64,000 nucleotides of DNA, taken from positions 6,944,001 through 7,008,000 of the forward strand of contig JAYWIR010000003.1 of NCBI GenBank assembly GCA_036172245.1, given 5' to 3'. Shown piece by piece: positions 1 to 19,177 of this stretch. The translations under genes were made by a program, and so were the position numbers. Every line of letters begins with the position of its first letter. The stretch's first letter is position 1. The DNA comes from Raillietiella orientalis (taxonomy: Eukaryota). Below the pieces are notes generated by a model. It was not told where the DNA came from. It saw nothing but the letters and a program-made list of their open reading frames with translations, and ran no database searches.

Positions 1-530
1 AATCGTTGGTGTGCACAAAACTGCACCGTCCTCTGTTTCCTTTCCTACGTGGAAAATGTAAACTATGCATACGGTGATGTAAAATATGTGTTGAGCCGAT
101 AATTTTCGTATCTCATCCTTTAAAACTTTTGCAATTGGAGGTAGAGAGATGAAACAAGCAAACAAACTGTAAATTGTTTTGCGTATGTAACTGTTTCTCA
201 GATTTTTGAACTATATAATATCAATTTGGAATGCTTCAATTTAAATGCTGCATTGCCCACGCTACCAGGAAAATTTTTTTCCGTACCATTTTGAAATTTA
301 TCAGGAGAGCAAAAAACAAACAAAAAAAAAACGAAATCCGATTCATAATAGTAAAAGTATTTATTATTATGAGTCAGATTCAAAAACTAGAACATTATGT
401 TAATTCAAATTTATCATGCCAATGATGGTTTCAGCCAAGAGATATATGAGGTATAAAAAAAAAAAAAAAGTCGAAAGGAATAATAAAATCAAAGATTGAA
501 TGTGTTCCGTAAGAGATATTCGTTTGAGAT
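1..530 (+). promoter_or_regulatory. Putative KAT6 promoter / 5' UTR region with retained CpGs
   Basis: About 14 CpGs in the first ~530 nt versus about 15 in the next ~2.9 kb (hand count); upstream of KAT6 on the same strand. Confidence 0.35.
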
Positions 531-3500
531 TTTTTGTTGTGGTAGTATGTAGTGATGTTTGTGTGTGTCATAAGTTTGTTACCTGTTATAAAATATTAAT
601 TTCATATTTAGGTAAATTTTTGAATCTGTCACTGAACAGTAATATCAGACAAAGGAACCAGAAAGCTGATTAGGTGCATTCAGTTTTTGTTTCCTTTAGA
701 GTAAAATCATTTATCTCAGATTGTGGAGTATCATGAATGTTCATGGAATGCAAAATGAATAGGTGACTTTTCAGTCTTCTAGTAAGTATGCTGCTTGTGC
801 CTTGAGTTGAATTGTTGAGGGGTAAATGTTTTTGGTGTAAAGTGTGTGGAGTATGTAAGGCTGAGCATGTGATACCGATTGAGTATTCTTATTCAGTAGA
901 ATTTGCTACCCCATGAGACTGAGTTTCTGCCTTATTTCACAATCAAGAGTAACACGTAAAGAAAAAATAGCTAGAAAATAAGAAAAGAAAGAAAAAAATT
1001 ATTGAAAATTGCATATGAGTATTTTGATTAATTGAATGGAATTGTTTTAGAGTGCGTGCATAGTAATGATCCTGTGTTTCTTCAAGTAATCTGTTTACTC
1101 AATTTGAAATGCATGCTTCTTTTAATTTCTCCCAACTACACTTTGAATTGAGAAGTGCATGTGTGTCATGTAGATGAAGAATCTTATGTGTGCATTATGA
1201 GAAATCTAATTTGCAGGAGCTGCTGTAATTTAGGATTTGCAACTATTTGAAATGTGTAGAAGGGAAGTATTCACTGAATATGAGCAACGTTTGATAATTG
1301 CTGTTTTCGTTATGTATTTAATGTATTATTTAAGGAGGTTTGATGTTGATGTGGAAATCTCAACCTATTTCAATTTCAAATTAAGTAGATTGGGGTACTC
1401 AAAAGGCACAATTCATTCCAGTATTTTCATCAGTGTTGAATTATATGGTGAAGCTTAAGAAATTCACACAGTTTTGTAGATGAAACTGATGTGCACTTCC
1501 TTTGAATTGGCACATTTTGATGCAAGGCTGTATTGAGTTTAAAGGGAATGGAAGGGTATTGGTGTTTTTTTCAGTGGAAACAGTTCATTTCTGAATTTGC
1601 AAGATTAGAAGCCAGTGTCTGTATCTTTAGGTCTAAGTGAAGTATTAAATTTGAATTCAGCATTAGTAGAAAATCTGTTTGGCTTGTGCTAGCAAATGCA
1701 GTCAGCAGAGGATTGGATGTAGATTTGAAGTATAGACAATCCCTGGCTTAGAGGTATCATTACTTCTAAGCTAGAAACTGGCTTAGAAGTGATATGTAAT
1801 TAATCAGTTTCTTAAGAAAACCTTCATGTAAAATGAGAAAAGTGATAAGGTGCCATTTAGCTTTCTGAGTACTCATCTTTGATTCCTATATAGCTTCCAA
1901 AGTTATACCTTACATGGAGTACCTTTTCTTTATGGCTGTTACATTTTTATTTCTAGGTGAGTTTAACCATGGTTTTAGGGATTTTTTTTTCTGAAGTCAT
2001 TCCTTGGTGATTGGGGTATGTAGCTCTATGCTACATTCAAAATTGGTCCTCCTTACGTTTTTGCATGCTTCTTGTTATTATCCAGTATTTCTTGTACAGC
2101 ATCATGAAAAGTACAAATTCCTCAGTCATAATAGCTGTCAGCTGTACACTGGGCATCAGCTTGGAATTTGTAACCGAAGAGATTTGTAATCATTAGAGCT
2201 GTTATGCATTAATATTCATTTTCTGTGATATTTCCAACTTCGCTTCAGCATTTAAGCCTACAGTGGTTTCTTTCTTTTCAATTTGTAGTTTGCCCCTAGC
2301 CAGATTGAAATCAACATGATTTCGCTCTTTCAGTTGAATTGCATCTGTATAGTTTTTTTCACATTTGTTTTGGTGTGCTGATCTCCGGTAATGTTGAGGT
2401 CTTTGTAATAAGATTGCTGGTCTACAGACCCATTTTAGTTCTCCATGAATATTGGTTTCTTTTTTGCATTTTTCATTCTTTGAGTTTCATGCATTGTTTT
2501 TGTATTTACTAATTTCTGTTATTGTTTGTATTAACTGTGTTCTTTAACCATCAGTATGAAACTTTTGTCCAGAGTATGCATCAGCATTATTATAATGAAA
2601 TGATCATTTTTAGTGCAGTCCGTTTTTCAGCTTGGTGTGTTAAAATTTACGTTATTAATGTGTACTAGATTATTAAGCTGTAGTGGCATCTCAGTCAGCA
2701 ATACTGCATGCATATGTAAAGTAGTTTTGCTTGTTATCTCAGCTTGCTCGATACAATTATTTTTATGATCTTTAATTCTGCAGATTGCAATTACTCTGCC
2801 GATGTAATTAATTAGTTGATGTTTGATGGGAGATTATATGTATGTGTGCAATTGCCTTGTTCTGCAAACTGTCAGTGAGTGAAAGGTATAGGAAGGGGAA
2901 TTTTTTTATTTATTTTTTCCTGCAAACATCGTATTTGAAGGTGGTAGAATTTTATTTTGTCTGTACCTGGTTTATCTTTTATTGAATATAACCTTTTTAA
3001 GAATATTTGTATGCATTGTGTAATGTGGTAAAGTAAATGTTGTTGAATGTTTGTCAGTTTTGATGTCAGTTTGCCTAGTTGAATGTAACCAGGCCAGAGT
3101 TTTGCATGATATTTGTAGTTTCATCAAAAGCATTAAGGCCAAAGTTGCTAATATATGGTTTTAGTAAAAGATTTTTGATTCCTCTCATAAATCACTGGTG
3201 ATAATTGAGCAAAACTGATCTTTTTTGATAGTTTTTTTTTTTTCCTGCTGTTTGGGTGACTTACATCACATCCAAATTTGCTTCAAGAATTATGAGTGTT
3301 TTTTTTGCACTTGCATTTCTGATAAGAAATTTCATTGTAAAATTAGGTGCTTTAATATTTAATAAGAAAATATTTTGTATACAAACTATGTTTATGTATT
3401 GAAAAATTGAACTTTTTATAATCATGATCTTCTTGCAGATGCCAAGCTTGAAATTACTCTTGAACATGATTAGTTATGAAATAACTTGATTGGAAGTGCA

Positions 3501-10901
<7,401 letters not shown>

Positions 10902-11520
10902 AAAAAACATGTATTTGTAATAAAAGGAGTTATTGCCAGTATTGTATTCACTGGCTGATCTCTTCCCGAACCTTATAAGTTGAAATATTTAAATGGTGCT
11001 CTTTATATCTGCGAATGTATTTTCTAATTATTATAATACTTTGAAAATTTTTTTGCTGTTTCCTAGTAATCAGACTTTCGTGTTGTGCACGCTGTAAATA
11101 ATGCATATTTATAAAGTATAGATGCAAATATTTTAAAGACTAGGCTAACTGCACATACAGTGTTAATAAAGCACTTAACTTTGTGTGCCCGTATTATTTT
11201 GGAATAATAATAGTAAAATAATATGGTGCTCTGGTCAGTAACATCCAAATCCAAGATACTGCAGCAAGAGAAATGAAATGTACCGGAAAAAAACTGAAAG
11301 CTTTTTGTCAGTTTCTTGCTTTTATAATTCGTTGGTTTCTAACAATAAAGAAGGCCTAGTACAGTTTTTTGTGATGACAAAAAAAAAAAAAATGTATGTA
11401 TTGCATTGTGTACGAAACCCGAGATCTTGTGCAAATTTTGTATATCTGGTGAATCGTGAAAGTAAAAATTCTCGTTAATGGAAAGCTTGAATCTTTTTCC
11501 CAAATCAATAAATAGATTTC
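10902..11520 (+). other. KAT6 3' UTR with several AATAAA hexamers (~10919, ~11165, ~11344, ~11507)
   Basis: AT-rich sequence after the stop codon with canonical polyA signals. Confidence 0.55.
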
Positions 11521-11566
11521 CACACTTCTGTGATGATGATGCCGTGGAGGAGGAAGGAAAAAAAGG

Positions 11567-11590
11567 GAGAGAGAGAGAGAGAGAGAGAGA
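11567..11590. repeat. (GA)n microsatellite at the compositional boundary
   Basis: About 12 GA units flanked by A runs. Confidence 0.9.
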
Positions 11591-14249
11591 AAAAAAAAGG
11601 AAAAAATCCCGAAATCAGCAGCAGCAGGAGTGTGTTGGCCTTGAGGAAAACACTAGTGTTTCTAAGAGTTCGGTGTGTGCCCTTTCAGGAAGCTGCGAGG
11701 GGAAAAGGTAGGCCCGCTGCTCACGTTCGCGCGTGGTGCAGCAGATGAGCGGCTGCATCTCCCGCATCCTCCCTTGGCGTTTCAGCGTGTGCGGCCCCCC
11801 CCCCCCCCCCGAAGCTTTTGCCACACCGAACGGTGGCCGGCGTGGTTCAGCCACCGGTGTGCGGCAAGCTGCCGGGGAGAGAGAGGGAGAGAGGCGTGAA
11901 ACTGGCGTGAAGTTGGTGACCGTCTCGAAGTGACCGTAGCCAACGTGCGCCGCTGCTCCCCACTTGGGGGAAAACAAAAGGCAAAAGCAAAAACGTGGAA
12001 TCCAAGGAACCCGAAAATTCGCTGCATTCGACCTCAAACCCCCCCCCCTCCCCCCGGAAGTCTCGGCAAAGTGTGCTCTACTGGTGCGCCTTCCACGGCT
12101 GCTGCACTCCAGCAGGCGTTCTTCGCCGAAGGTACGTTTCAGCTAATTTTTCCACAGTCTGTATGCAAGCGAGCCCCACCCCCACTCCCCCCTCCGCACA
12201 GAACCCCATCCAATTCCCAAGTGCGTTTGCTGAGAAGCACTCGTGAACATCATAAAGTATCACAGCGCCGTAAAAGTTGAGATTGGGTTCATTAGGAAGC
12301 GTTCGTGGCGTGCGTCCCGTCGACGGGATGTCCACTAACAAAAAACGCACAGACGGTTTTAAAGTTGGCGTTTTCAGGAGTTTACTGCGACGCCGACTTT
12401 GTCTGAAGCGTTTTTTTTCCCTGCAAAAAATGGAGCGTGCTCCCTGCGGACCTCGTCTCATCTTTCCTCCTTTCTTCCCTCATTTTGCTCCGACAACGCC
12501 GTGCATCCCCCCAAGAGTTCTTCTTTTGTGCGTGTGCCTCGCACTCCTTTCCACTTACCGTGAAGACACCGAGCGGGGCTTTTTGCACAGCCCCCCCTTA
12601 CCCCCCTCCCACGGCTCGTCATGTCCGTTTGAGACGGAATCCTCGGTCCGTTTGTTTGCCGGTGGGGGGGGGGGGTCCTCATCTCGGAACACGTCGACGA
12701 CCCGAGTAGGCGTGGGCAGTTGGGCCTTGCTCGCGGCATGATGCTGTGTGTGCCAATGGATCGCGTTCCCCTCCGCAGGCTTCTACCACGTGGTTGCAGG
12801 AGACGTCCGCTTCGGGAGGTTTCCCTTGAGGGTCTTCCCGGACGCCTCCGTGTCGGAGTGCCGTGGATAGTCGGTGGCCTCGCGTGGTCCGGAGGGCAGC
12901 GTCGCCGAGAGGCAAAAGCTGCCGACTCGGTCGGAGTTTCGGTTTCCCGTTTTGTGTACGTGTCGGCAGCACAAATCCGTCTCCCAGTCGGTAATGAAGT
13001 CTTGAATGGTCATTTCGCCAGTGGCCCCACGTGGTCACCGGCCCTCGCGTGCATCTGACCAGCCAGCGACTTGGGTGCTTATCATTCAGCAGTGGAATGC
13101 GGTCGGCGTAAGCCGCACACCGAGGCTGCTCGCAGTGGGATCGGTTGTTTTGGCAGGATTCAGGCTAAAATGCTGTTGCAGCATTCCCTCGGGAGAGGAA
13201 AAAACAACAACACGCTAAAGCTGGTAAAAAACAAATGCGAGGTGTTCGGGTTTCAGGCTTTAACTAGCAGCTGCTTTCTTTCTTTCTTTCTGTTTCTTAA
13301 CAGCCCTGGTGGTCGTTGGTACATCTCGTTCATCTCACTGTCTCATGAAACTTTAATGCCATGCAGATAGGCAATTAGGTAAGACTTACATTAAGAGCTC
13401 TTAGGAGGACGGCAGTCGTAAATCCTCGTGGAACGAGTTTCCGTAAGCTGCCAGCGCGCCCGGCGAACATGGAGTCCTCGTTTCGCATTTCGGGCCCCTT
13501 TCGGTCCTTACGCACGCTGTAATCTTCGTGATTTCGCCTTTGGCGCAGTTCACTTGGGTGCGCCGTTCTCATACCAAAAATGTCAACCGAGGTCGCTCAT
13601 GGAAGCTTTCGTTTTCTTTCGACCTGCCCTCGCTTGTCGAGGTCTTACGCTCATGATGGTCACTTGCGTTCTGCCCATTCGTCGGACCGGTGACCGCGCA
13701 CTGTGGAGCTGACTAAGGACAGAGAGTGGGTGGGTGGATGTTCAGGGCGCCGAGCATCGATGATGTGAAGTCGTCCACGCTTTCTCCGAAGTGGTTCCTC
13801 CTCCGGAAGCATCGCAGCATCAGGACCGAGTACGTGATCTTTGCGAGCGAGACGTTAACGAAAAAAGGTGGTTTGGCCGGAAGGATTCGTCCCGCACGCA
13901 ATTTCGCGAGGTCGACGGTGCACTCAGCGTAGCCATGAAATGTCAGGGAGACATGAAAGAATTCCTCGAAAGCAATGTGGATCGATGTCTTTGGTCCCTG
14001 GGAGGCGCCTGTGGGCTGGAAGCGAACGGGAAGCTCGCAGAAACGGGAAACCGTGCGACTCCGTGAACGCACTCTGAAACAGCTGATTCAATGTCACCCC
14101 AAGGAATGGTGCAGAAGCTGCAACTCCGGAAGTTGCTGCGGAAGTGCAAATGATTTTCACGCGAAACCAGCGTCCAAATGTTAACTTGCTGCTTCGTTCT
14201 TTAACTGTTTACGCGTCAATCCTTTTTTTTTTTTGCACTGCTTCGACAG

Positions 14250-14480
14250 ACATCGACGTCGGTTATCGTCAGCAAGTTTTTCCAGGAAAGGGGTCGAAGG
14301 ATCCTTTTCGATGATTCCGAGGATGCACAGAAAGATGACGGTACAGAAGACACCATCCAACAGGAATTTGTGTGCAGCAGAGGGCAGTCGCCCTGACGAT
14401 GAGCCCTGCCGAGAGCCCATTTGTTTGTGAATTGAAAATCCGTGACGGGGGCGTTGGACCCGGCGCAAAAGATCGATTGC
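14250..14480 (-). mobile_element. Degenerate non-LTR reverse transcriptase fragment
   Basis: FSIHKQMGSRQGSSSG...FLL...LADD resembles the GxRQG / YADD RT motifs. Confidence 0.55.
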
Positions 14481-14699
14481 GGAAATGGTGGAAACTCCTC
14501 CCTCTCTCCCATCTCCCACTGTTCTTCCTCCTCCTTCCCTCCTGATCCTGAATAGTAAATAAAGCGTGCTTTGGGGCGATCGGGTAATGAGGCGTAGGTG
14601 TGTATCGTAGGCTGGCTGCGCGTCCGCTCCCAGAGTCTCGACGTATTCGTCCTACTTTTTTGTTATTCCACATTTTGTTGCGTAAAGTAAGTCTTCGGG

Positions 14700-15480
14700 G
14701 CTGTTGTCCACCACCACTTCGATGCTGAGGACTAAATGAAGGCGAGTGAAGACGCCTGTCGATCGTCGGCTTGTGGCTGGCTGCCGGCTCAATTTACTGG
14801 AGCAGGCCAACAGTTTCCCAGCTGCCTGCCACCCCAGCCTGCTAAACTCCAGCCACGCAGTAGTCAACCAGAAGACGCTCGTCTGTGCAAAAGACATTTA
14901 CAAGCAATGGATGGAGTTCTGCGAAAATCATTGGAAACAGTCTGAGGGGAATCCAAGAGCGACATCAGCATGGCCTGGATGGACGGCAGGAAAACGTCCT
15001 CTCGGCTGAAAGCTTGAACCCAACGGGCCGAAGGTCACATCTGGGGAGTCGGCGTTTGCTTGGGGGAGTTTGCCGGGAAAGCCAATCGTCTTCCATCTTC
15101 TCGGGCAGTCCGACGCACGGAAGCGTCTCTCCCTCTCTCACTCCACGGGGCTCCCAGACCACCGGGTGGCAAAGTTCCTGCGCGAGCAGGATCGTGTTTC
15201 AGGGCATTTCCGTTTCCTGCCGGATACTCCGGACCTGCGCACTGCACACCTGCTTTCGCGGCGCGGCTCAGCATGCTGCCACCTGTGGGAGCACCCCTCG
15301 CCGGGAATGGCGCGGAGCGGCGTCCGTGCAGGAATTGCGAGGTGCGGGAAGAGAGGTTCTTCAGGCGCCTCCTCAATCAGCGAGGCGAGTCTGATTGCCG
15401 GAACGCCGCTCGGTGGTCCGGTTGCTTAAATCAACAGACTACCAGCAACCAGCCTGCTGGAAGCAAGCAACAGCGACCTT
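14700..15480 (+). mobile_element. Degenerate L1/Tx1-like ORF2 C-terminal fragment
   Basis: Frameshifted post-RT/zf-RVT-like remnants (KDIYKQW..., H and C motifs). Confidence 0.35.
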
Positions 15481-15539
15481 CCGGCAGCGGGAGCTGACGT
15501 GTATAATTGACAAAAGGAAAAAGTATATCTGAGTAAGTG

Positions 15540-16330
15540 GACAACTCGGCAGCTGACGGACGCTGGCACCCCGAGTGGCCCACACCCAAAGGACTGCTAC
15601 GCTGGGGAGAGCTGCCACAAAGACCTCCGGAGGAGGTGAAGTGGTCCCAGCGTGTTGAGACAGTGCAACCCTCCCCCATAAAGTGGCAGCAGTCGGCGAT
15701 CCTTCTGTAGCATTGGGGCCTGTCGTGCAACGCCTGCCCGCCGACATCATTGGACCCGGGGAGTGCAAGCTCGAATTGCAACGGGAGCGAAGAAAGAGGG
15801 TCCCTCCCGCACCTGCTCATGGATTGTGCTGCCCTTCGTCCCCTATGGGAACGCTTTTCTGCAGCCCTGCGTATCCCCGAGCGCAACCCCAGAGATGTTT
15901 CGGAGCTCTTCTTCCTGTGCGACACCCTCACGTGGGCCGCATCCCTAGCAGCACTTTGCTGCCTACGCGGCGGGATCGTGGCTGCATAGAGCTACGCTAG
16001 GGGAGGCCATGTATTTTGCGCGGTCCTCTTCCTGAGGATGGCCACAAGATAGCCCCATCTGGGAAGGGAATCTGATGAGACAGGAACTTGCCGGCATCCT
16101 GCAAAGATTGCAGAGGACGCCCTCCAGCAGCCTGTGATCCCTTCCCGATCCCCCAAAGTGTTTCATTTATTTTCATTTTGTCTTTCTTTTTGTTTGTCCC
16201 TACCCCCTCTGCTGCCGAGGCGCACCTCGCCGGCCTGCGTGCCGGTTGGGAAGGCGCGTTCAGCATTCATGGCAGGAGTGTTTCGATTTTCACCCGGATT
16301 TCGCCGGGGCTTTTATTTAAAAATAAACTT
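15540..16330 (+). mobile_element. LINE (L1/Tx1-like) 3' end, family copy 1
   Basis: KWQ...HWGL.CNA, HLLMDC...LW, ASLAALCCLRG; pyrimidine-rich 3' UTR; AATAAA at 16322; homologous to 16311-17200 (-) and 37290-38020 (+). Confidence 0.75.
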
Positions 16331-17200
16331 TTACAAAGATGTACAGTGGCTGGACCAATGCTCCAGCCACGCACGAAGAAACACAGAACCTGCCGGGTAA
16401 CCGGCTCGTAGACCGGTACGGTCCACCACGGCAGCAGCAGGGGGAAGGGGGGAAAAATAAAAAACTAAACAAAAAGAAAAGAAAAGGTGGGAGGGTACGG
16501 GAAGGGATCACTGTAGCTGGTGGGGCCGTTGCATCCTTCGCAGGATGCCGGCAAGCTCTTTCTGCATTCCTGGATCCAGGTGGGGCCATCTCGACGCCCT
16601 CCTCAGGAACTGGGCGGCGCCCTGGATAGCATCCTTATCGCGGGGTCCTCCCGTAGCCTTACTCCAAGCGCCGATGATCCCGCGTAGGCAGCACAGCGCT
16701 GCTAACGAGGCCTCAGGCCCGAAGGGCATCGGCAACGAAGAGGTCTTTCAGTGCGTCCCTTGGGTTTCCGCAGGGGATTCCGATGGCCGCGGCAAAGCGG
16801 AACCAAAGGTGCCGGAGGGCAACACAATCCACAAGTGGGTGGGGGAGGGCCTCCCGTTCCCCACACCTAACACAATTGGGGTCGACCGCTCCCTATGTCC
16901 AGTGGTGTCGGCGGGCGTTGCAGGGGAGTCCCCAATGCTGCAACAGTAGAGCCCACTCCTGCCATTTTAAGGGGAAGGTGGAAGTGTTCATCAGCACCGG
17001 GGGCCGCTTCAGATGTTCAATGTGAACATCGAGCAGCGCGCCCCAGCGCAGAAGTCCATTGGGAGGCGTACTCAGGAGTGTTTCGACTGCTGCAAGAATG
17101 GGTCTCTTTGCTTCTGGCTTGGGGCACCGAAGCCCATCCGGGGAAAGCAAAGGAACGCCTCCCGTTTCAACAGGAACACGCATGTTTGGGACTGATTTGC
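16311..17200 (-). mobile_element. LINE (L1/Tx1-like) 3' end, family copy 2, tail-to-tail with copy 1
   Basis: TFPLKWQEWALLLQHWGLPCNAR...EASLAALCCLRGIIGAW; same 3' UTR on the minus strand. Confidence 0.75.
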
Positions 17201-17362
17201 AGTGTTTTTCCATTCCGATGTGGTTGATTCGCCTTCTGCTGCAGGAGGGTTTCGATTAGCTGTTGCAGTTTGTGTATTTGGTCCATAGAATTTTGAACCT
17301 TTTTTGGATTCACATTACCTGTCGTAATGACCTCTCATAAATTCAAGACTAATAAGAAATGA

Positions 17363-17673
17363 AATATACATTAGCAGCACATGGGTTTCCGAAAAGCAGA
17401 AGAGGTTACTTACTGCTCAAAGCTGGAGTAATCAATGGACTCTCAATTGGCTATATACCTAGAAAATAGGACATCGATCATAAAAGTGGAGCTTGGGTGC
17501 TAAAACGACCGGAACTATGGGAAGTTAGCTTGGTCACTTTTCCTGCCAATTTAGCTGCCCAGGTCGTTAACGTAAAGAGTCAAGATAGTGGACAAGAAAT
17601 GTTCACGAGAGCAATAAAAAAGACAAGCGATGTACTTAAAAATATTCTACTTGAAAAACCTTGCCACGAATAG
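17363..17673 (+). pseudogene. HK97-family phage/GTA prohead protease, C-terminal half, Wolbachia-like
   Basis: YLLLKAGVINGLSIGYIPRK*DIDHKSGAWVLKRPELWEVSLVTFPANLAAQV; GLSIGY and EVSLVTFPAN are family motifs; premature TAG at 17467-17469; 5' end lost. Confidence 0.9.
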
Positions 17674-18139
17674 CAAACACTTACGTAACGTTCAACACGC
17701 TTAAGTCAAACCTAACGTTTGCACTACTATTTATTTAATACTTACACTAAAATATATAATTTTCTTAATATCTCGTGATTGTTAATAAATCCAATTCAGG
17801 GAAAGTCTTTAAAGTTCAAAAAACCCGAAGTGATTTTATACTCAGCACTGCTAGTGAGATTCATGTTAAAAGAAGAGAAAGCAAAAACACAGCTGGTGCT
17901 CTGTGTTTGCTTGGGGTTCCTGAAAACGATTGGGGCGAATATTGCCAAAAAGGTGGGTCAACTCATCTCCGAGGTAAGGACCGAAACGCTCGCCTCCTCC
18001 AAGGTGAGTATAATCAGCCTTATGGTCAAATATTCGTGCCGAGTCTCCGCCTTCTACGCCGAATGCATCTTTAAAATTAGCAGCTGTTTCCCTTATCTCT
18101 CTTCCCAGCCAGGCAGCCTCGAGCAAAAGTTCAAGCTTG

Positions 18140-18247
18140 CTATGCAAGCGAGCCAAAGACTGTTCGACAACCTCTTTTGTTCTACCAGATCTGTTTCTCG
18201 TCCCCCCTGCTCCAATCGATGAATCCTGGGTAGCGGCAATGACACTC
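18140..18247 (-). pseudogene. hemA: 5-aminolevulinate synthase, second fragment (after the LINE insertion), truncated
   Basis: SVIAATQDSSIGAGGTRNRSGRTKEVVEQSLARLH corresponds to ALAS GAGGTRNISGT. Confidence 0.88.
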
Positions 18248-19177
18248 CCGTTTGCCCAAGTCCCACAAGGGGTGGGGCGAAATTTATTTTCTTTTATCAT
18301 TCACTCTACATATTCATGCATTCGTTTTCTCCAATCATTCCACTTACGTCACCTGGAAGTCTGCTTCGTGGGATCATCGCTGGGGTTCACTACACTTGGG
18401 GAGCTGGGCGTCGTTCATGCTTGGACGTCGTCCTCGGTCCTTCTCAGGATATGTCGGTAGTTCCAGGCCTGTACTCTTCCACAGTTTCTTATGCCGATCT
18501 CCTTCTGGATAAGCCCTTTCGGGATTTCCATCGGAGATACGGCGGTGCTGGTGGTCTTCATCTTCCACCACCGCACATGGATGGCGGTGATGAAGAGGGC
18601 GATGGTCGTCCTTACCATGGGATTGTAACAGGGAACGTTCCCATTTCCTTGGAACACGCTTGCTAAAATTCCCATGGTCGATGTGGTGGGCAGTCCGATA
18701 GCCCTTTTGAGGGGGTGCCACTCTTGTTGCATAGTGGGACGTGTATCCTTGTCTCCACATGCTTTGCAGGCCTCATCTTCTCTTCTTCCCGTGAATCGCT
18801 TCATGGACGTCCCGCACAGGATTCCTCCAGGATAAAACATCAGGGGGTTATCCTGTGAATCCAGTGACAAGTCACTCTTCCAGAGCGTCGTTCCGATCGC
18901 CAACAGGTTTATCCCAGCACTCCCGTGGCGATCGGCGGCTTCTTGGAGGGCACTGGTGTCTTGGTCCTCTTCGACCATTGGTCGGCATAGGTTTCTCTTT
19001 GTTACCCTGGACCACACGAAGTTGTGTTGTGGTTTTCCCACGCTTCGCGGGTCCTGTGGGTGAATCTTCCAGCTATCCTGTCAATGCATCGGAGTACTCA
19101 GGAGTGGTGAAGGTACTCTCCTCGTCTCCATGCTTCAGCTGCTTGCAAGGTAACCCTGGACCGCTGGTGGATCCAGT
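18248..19177 (-). mobile_element. 5'-truncated non-LTR retrotransposon (L1/Tx1-like 3' end) inserted in hemA, 17-bp TSD
   Basis: TAGCGGCAATGACACTC at both 18231-18247 and 19178-19194; ORF 18415-19041 with CKACGDKDT and later WWK; AATAAA on the minus strand at 18283-18288. Confidence 0.8.

Noticed and set aside
3439..3489. 16-codon upstream ORF just before the KAT6 ATG
   Set aside because: Starts exactly at a putative acceptor; UTR structure unknown and such ORFs are common by chance
17200..17340. Minus-strand peptide ...KLQQLIETLLQQKANQPHRNGKTL as an ankyrin-like extension of the island
   Set aside because: Similarity too weak to call; it leaves the left boundary uncertain
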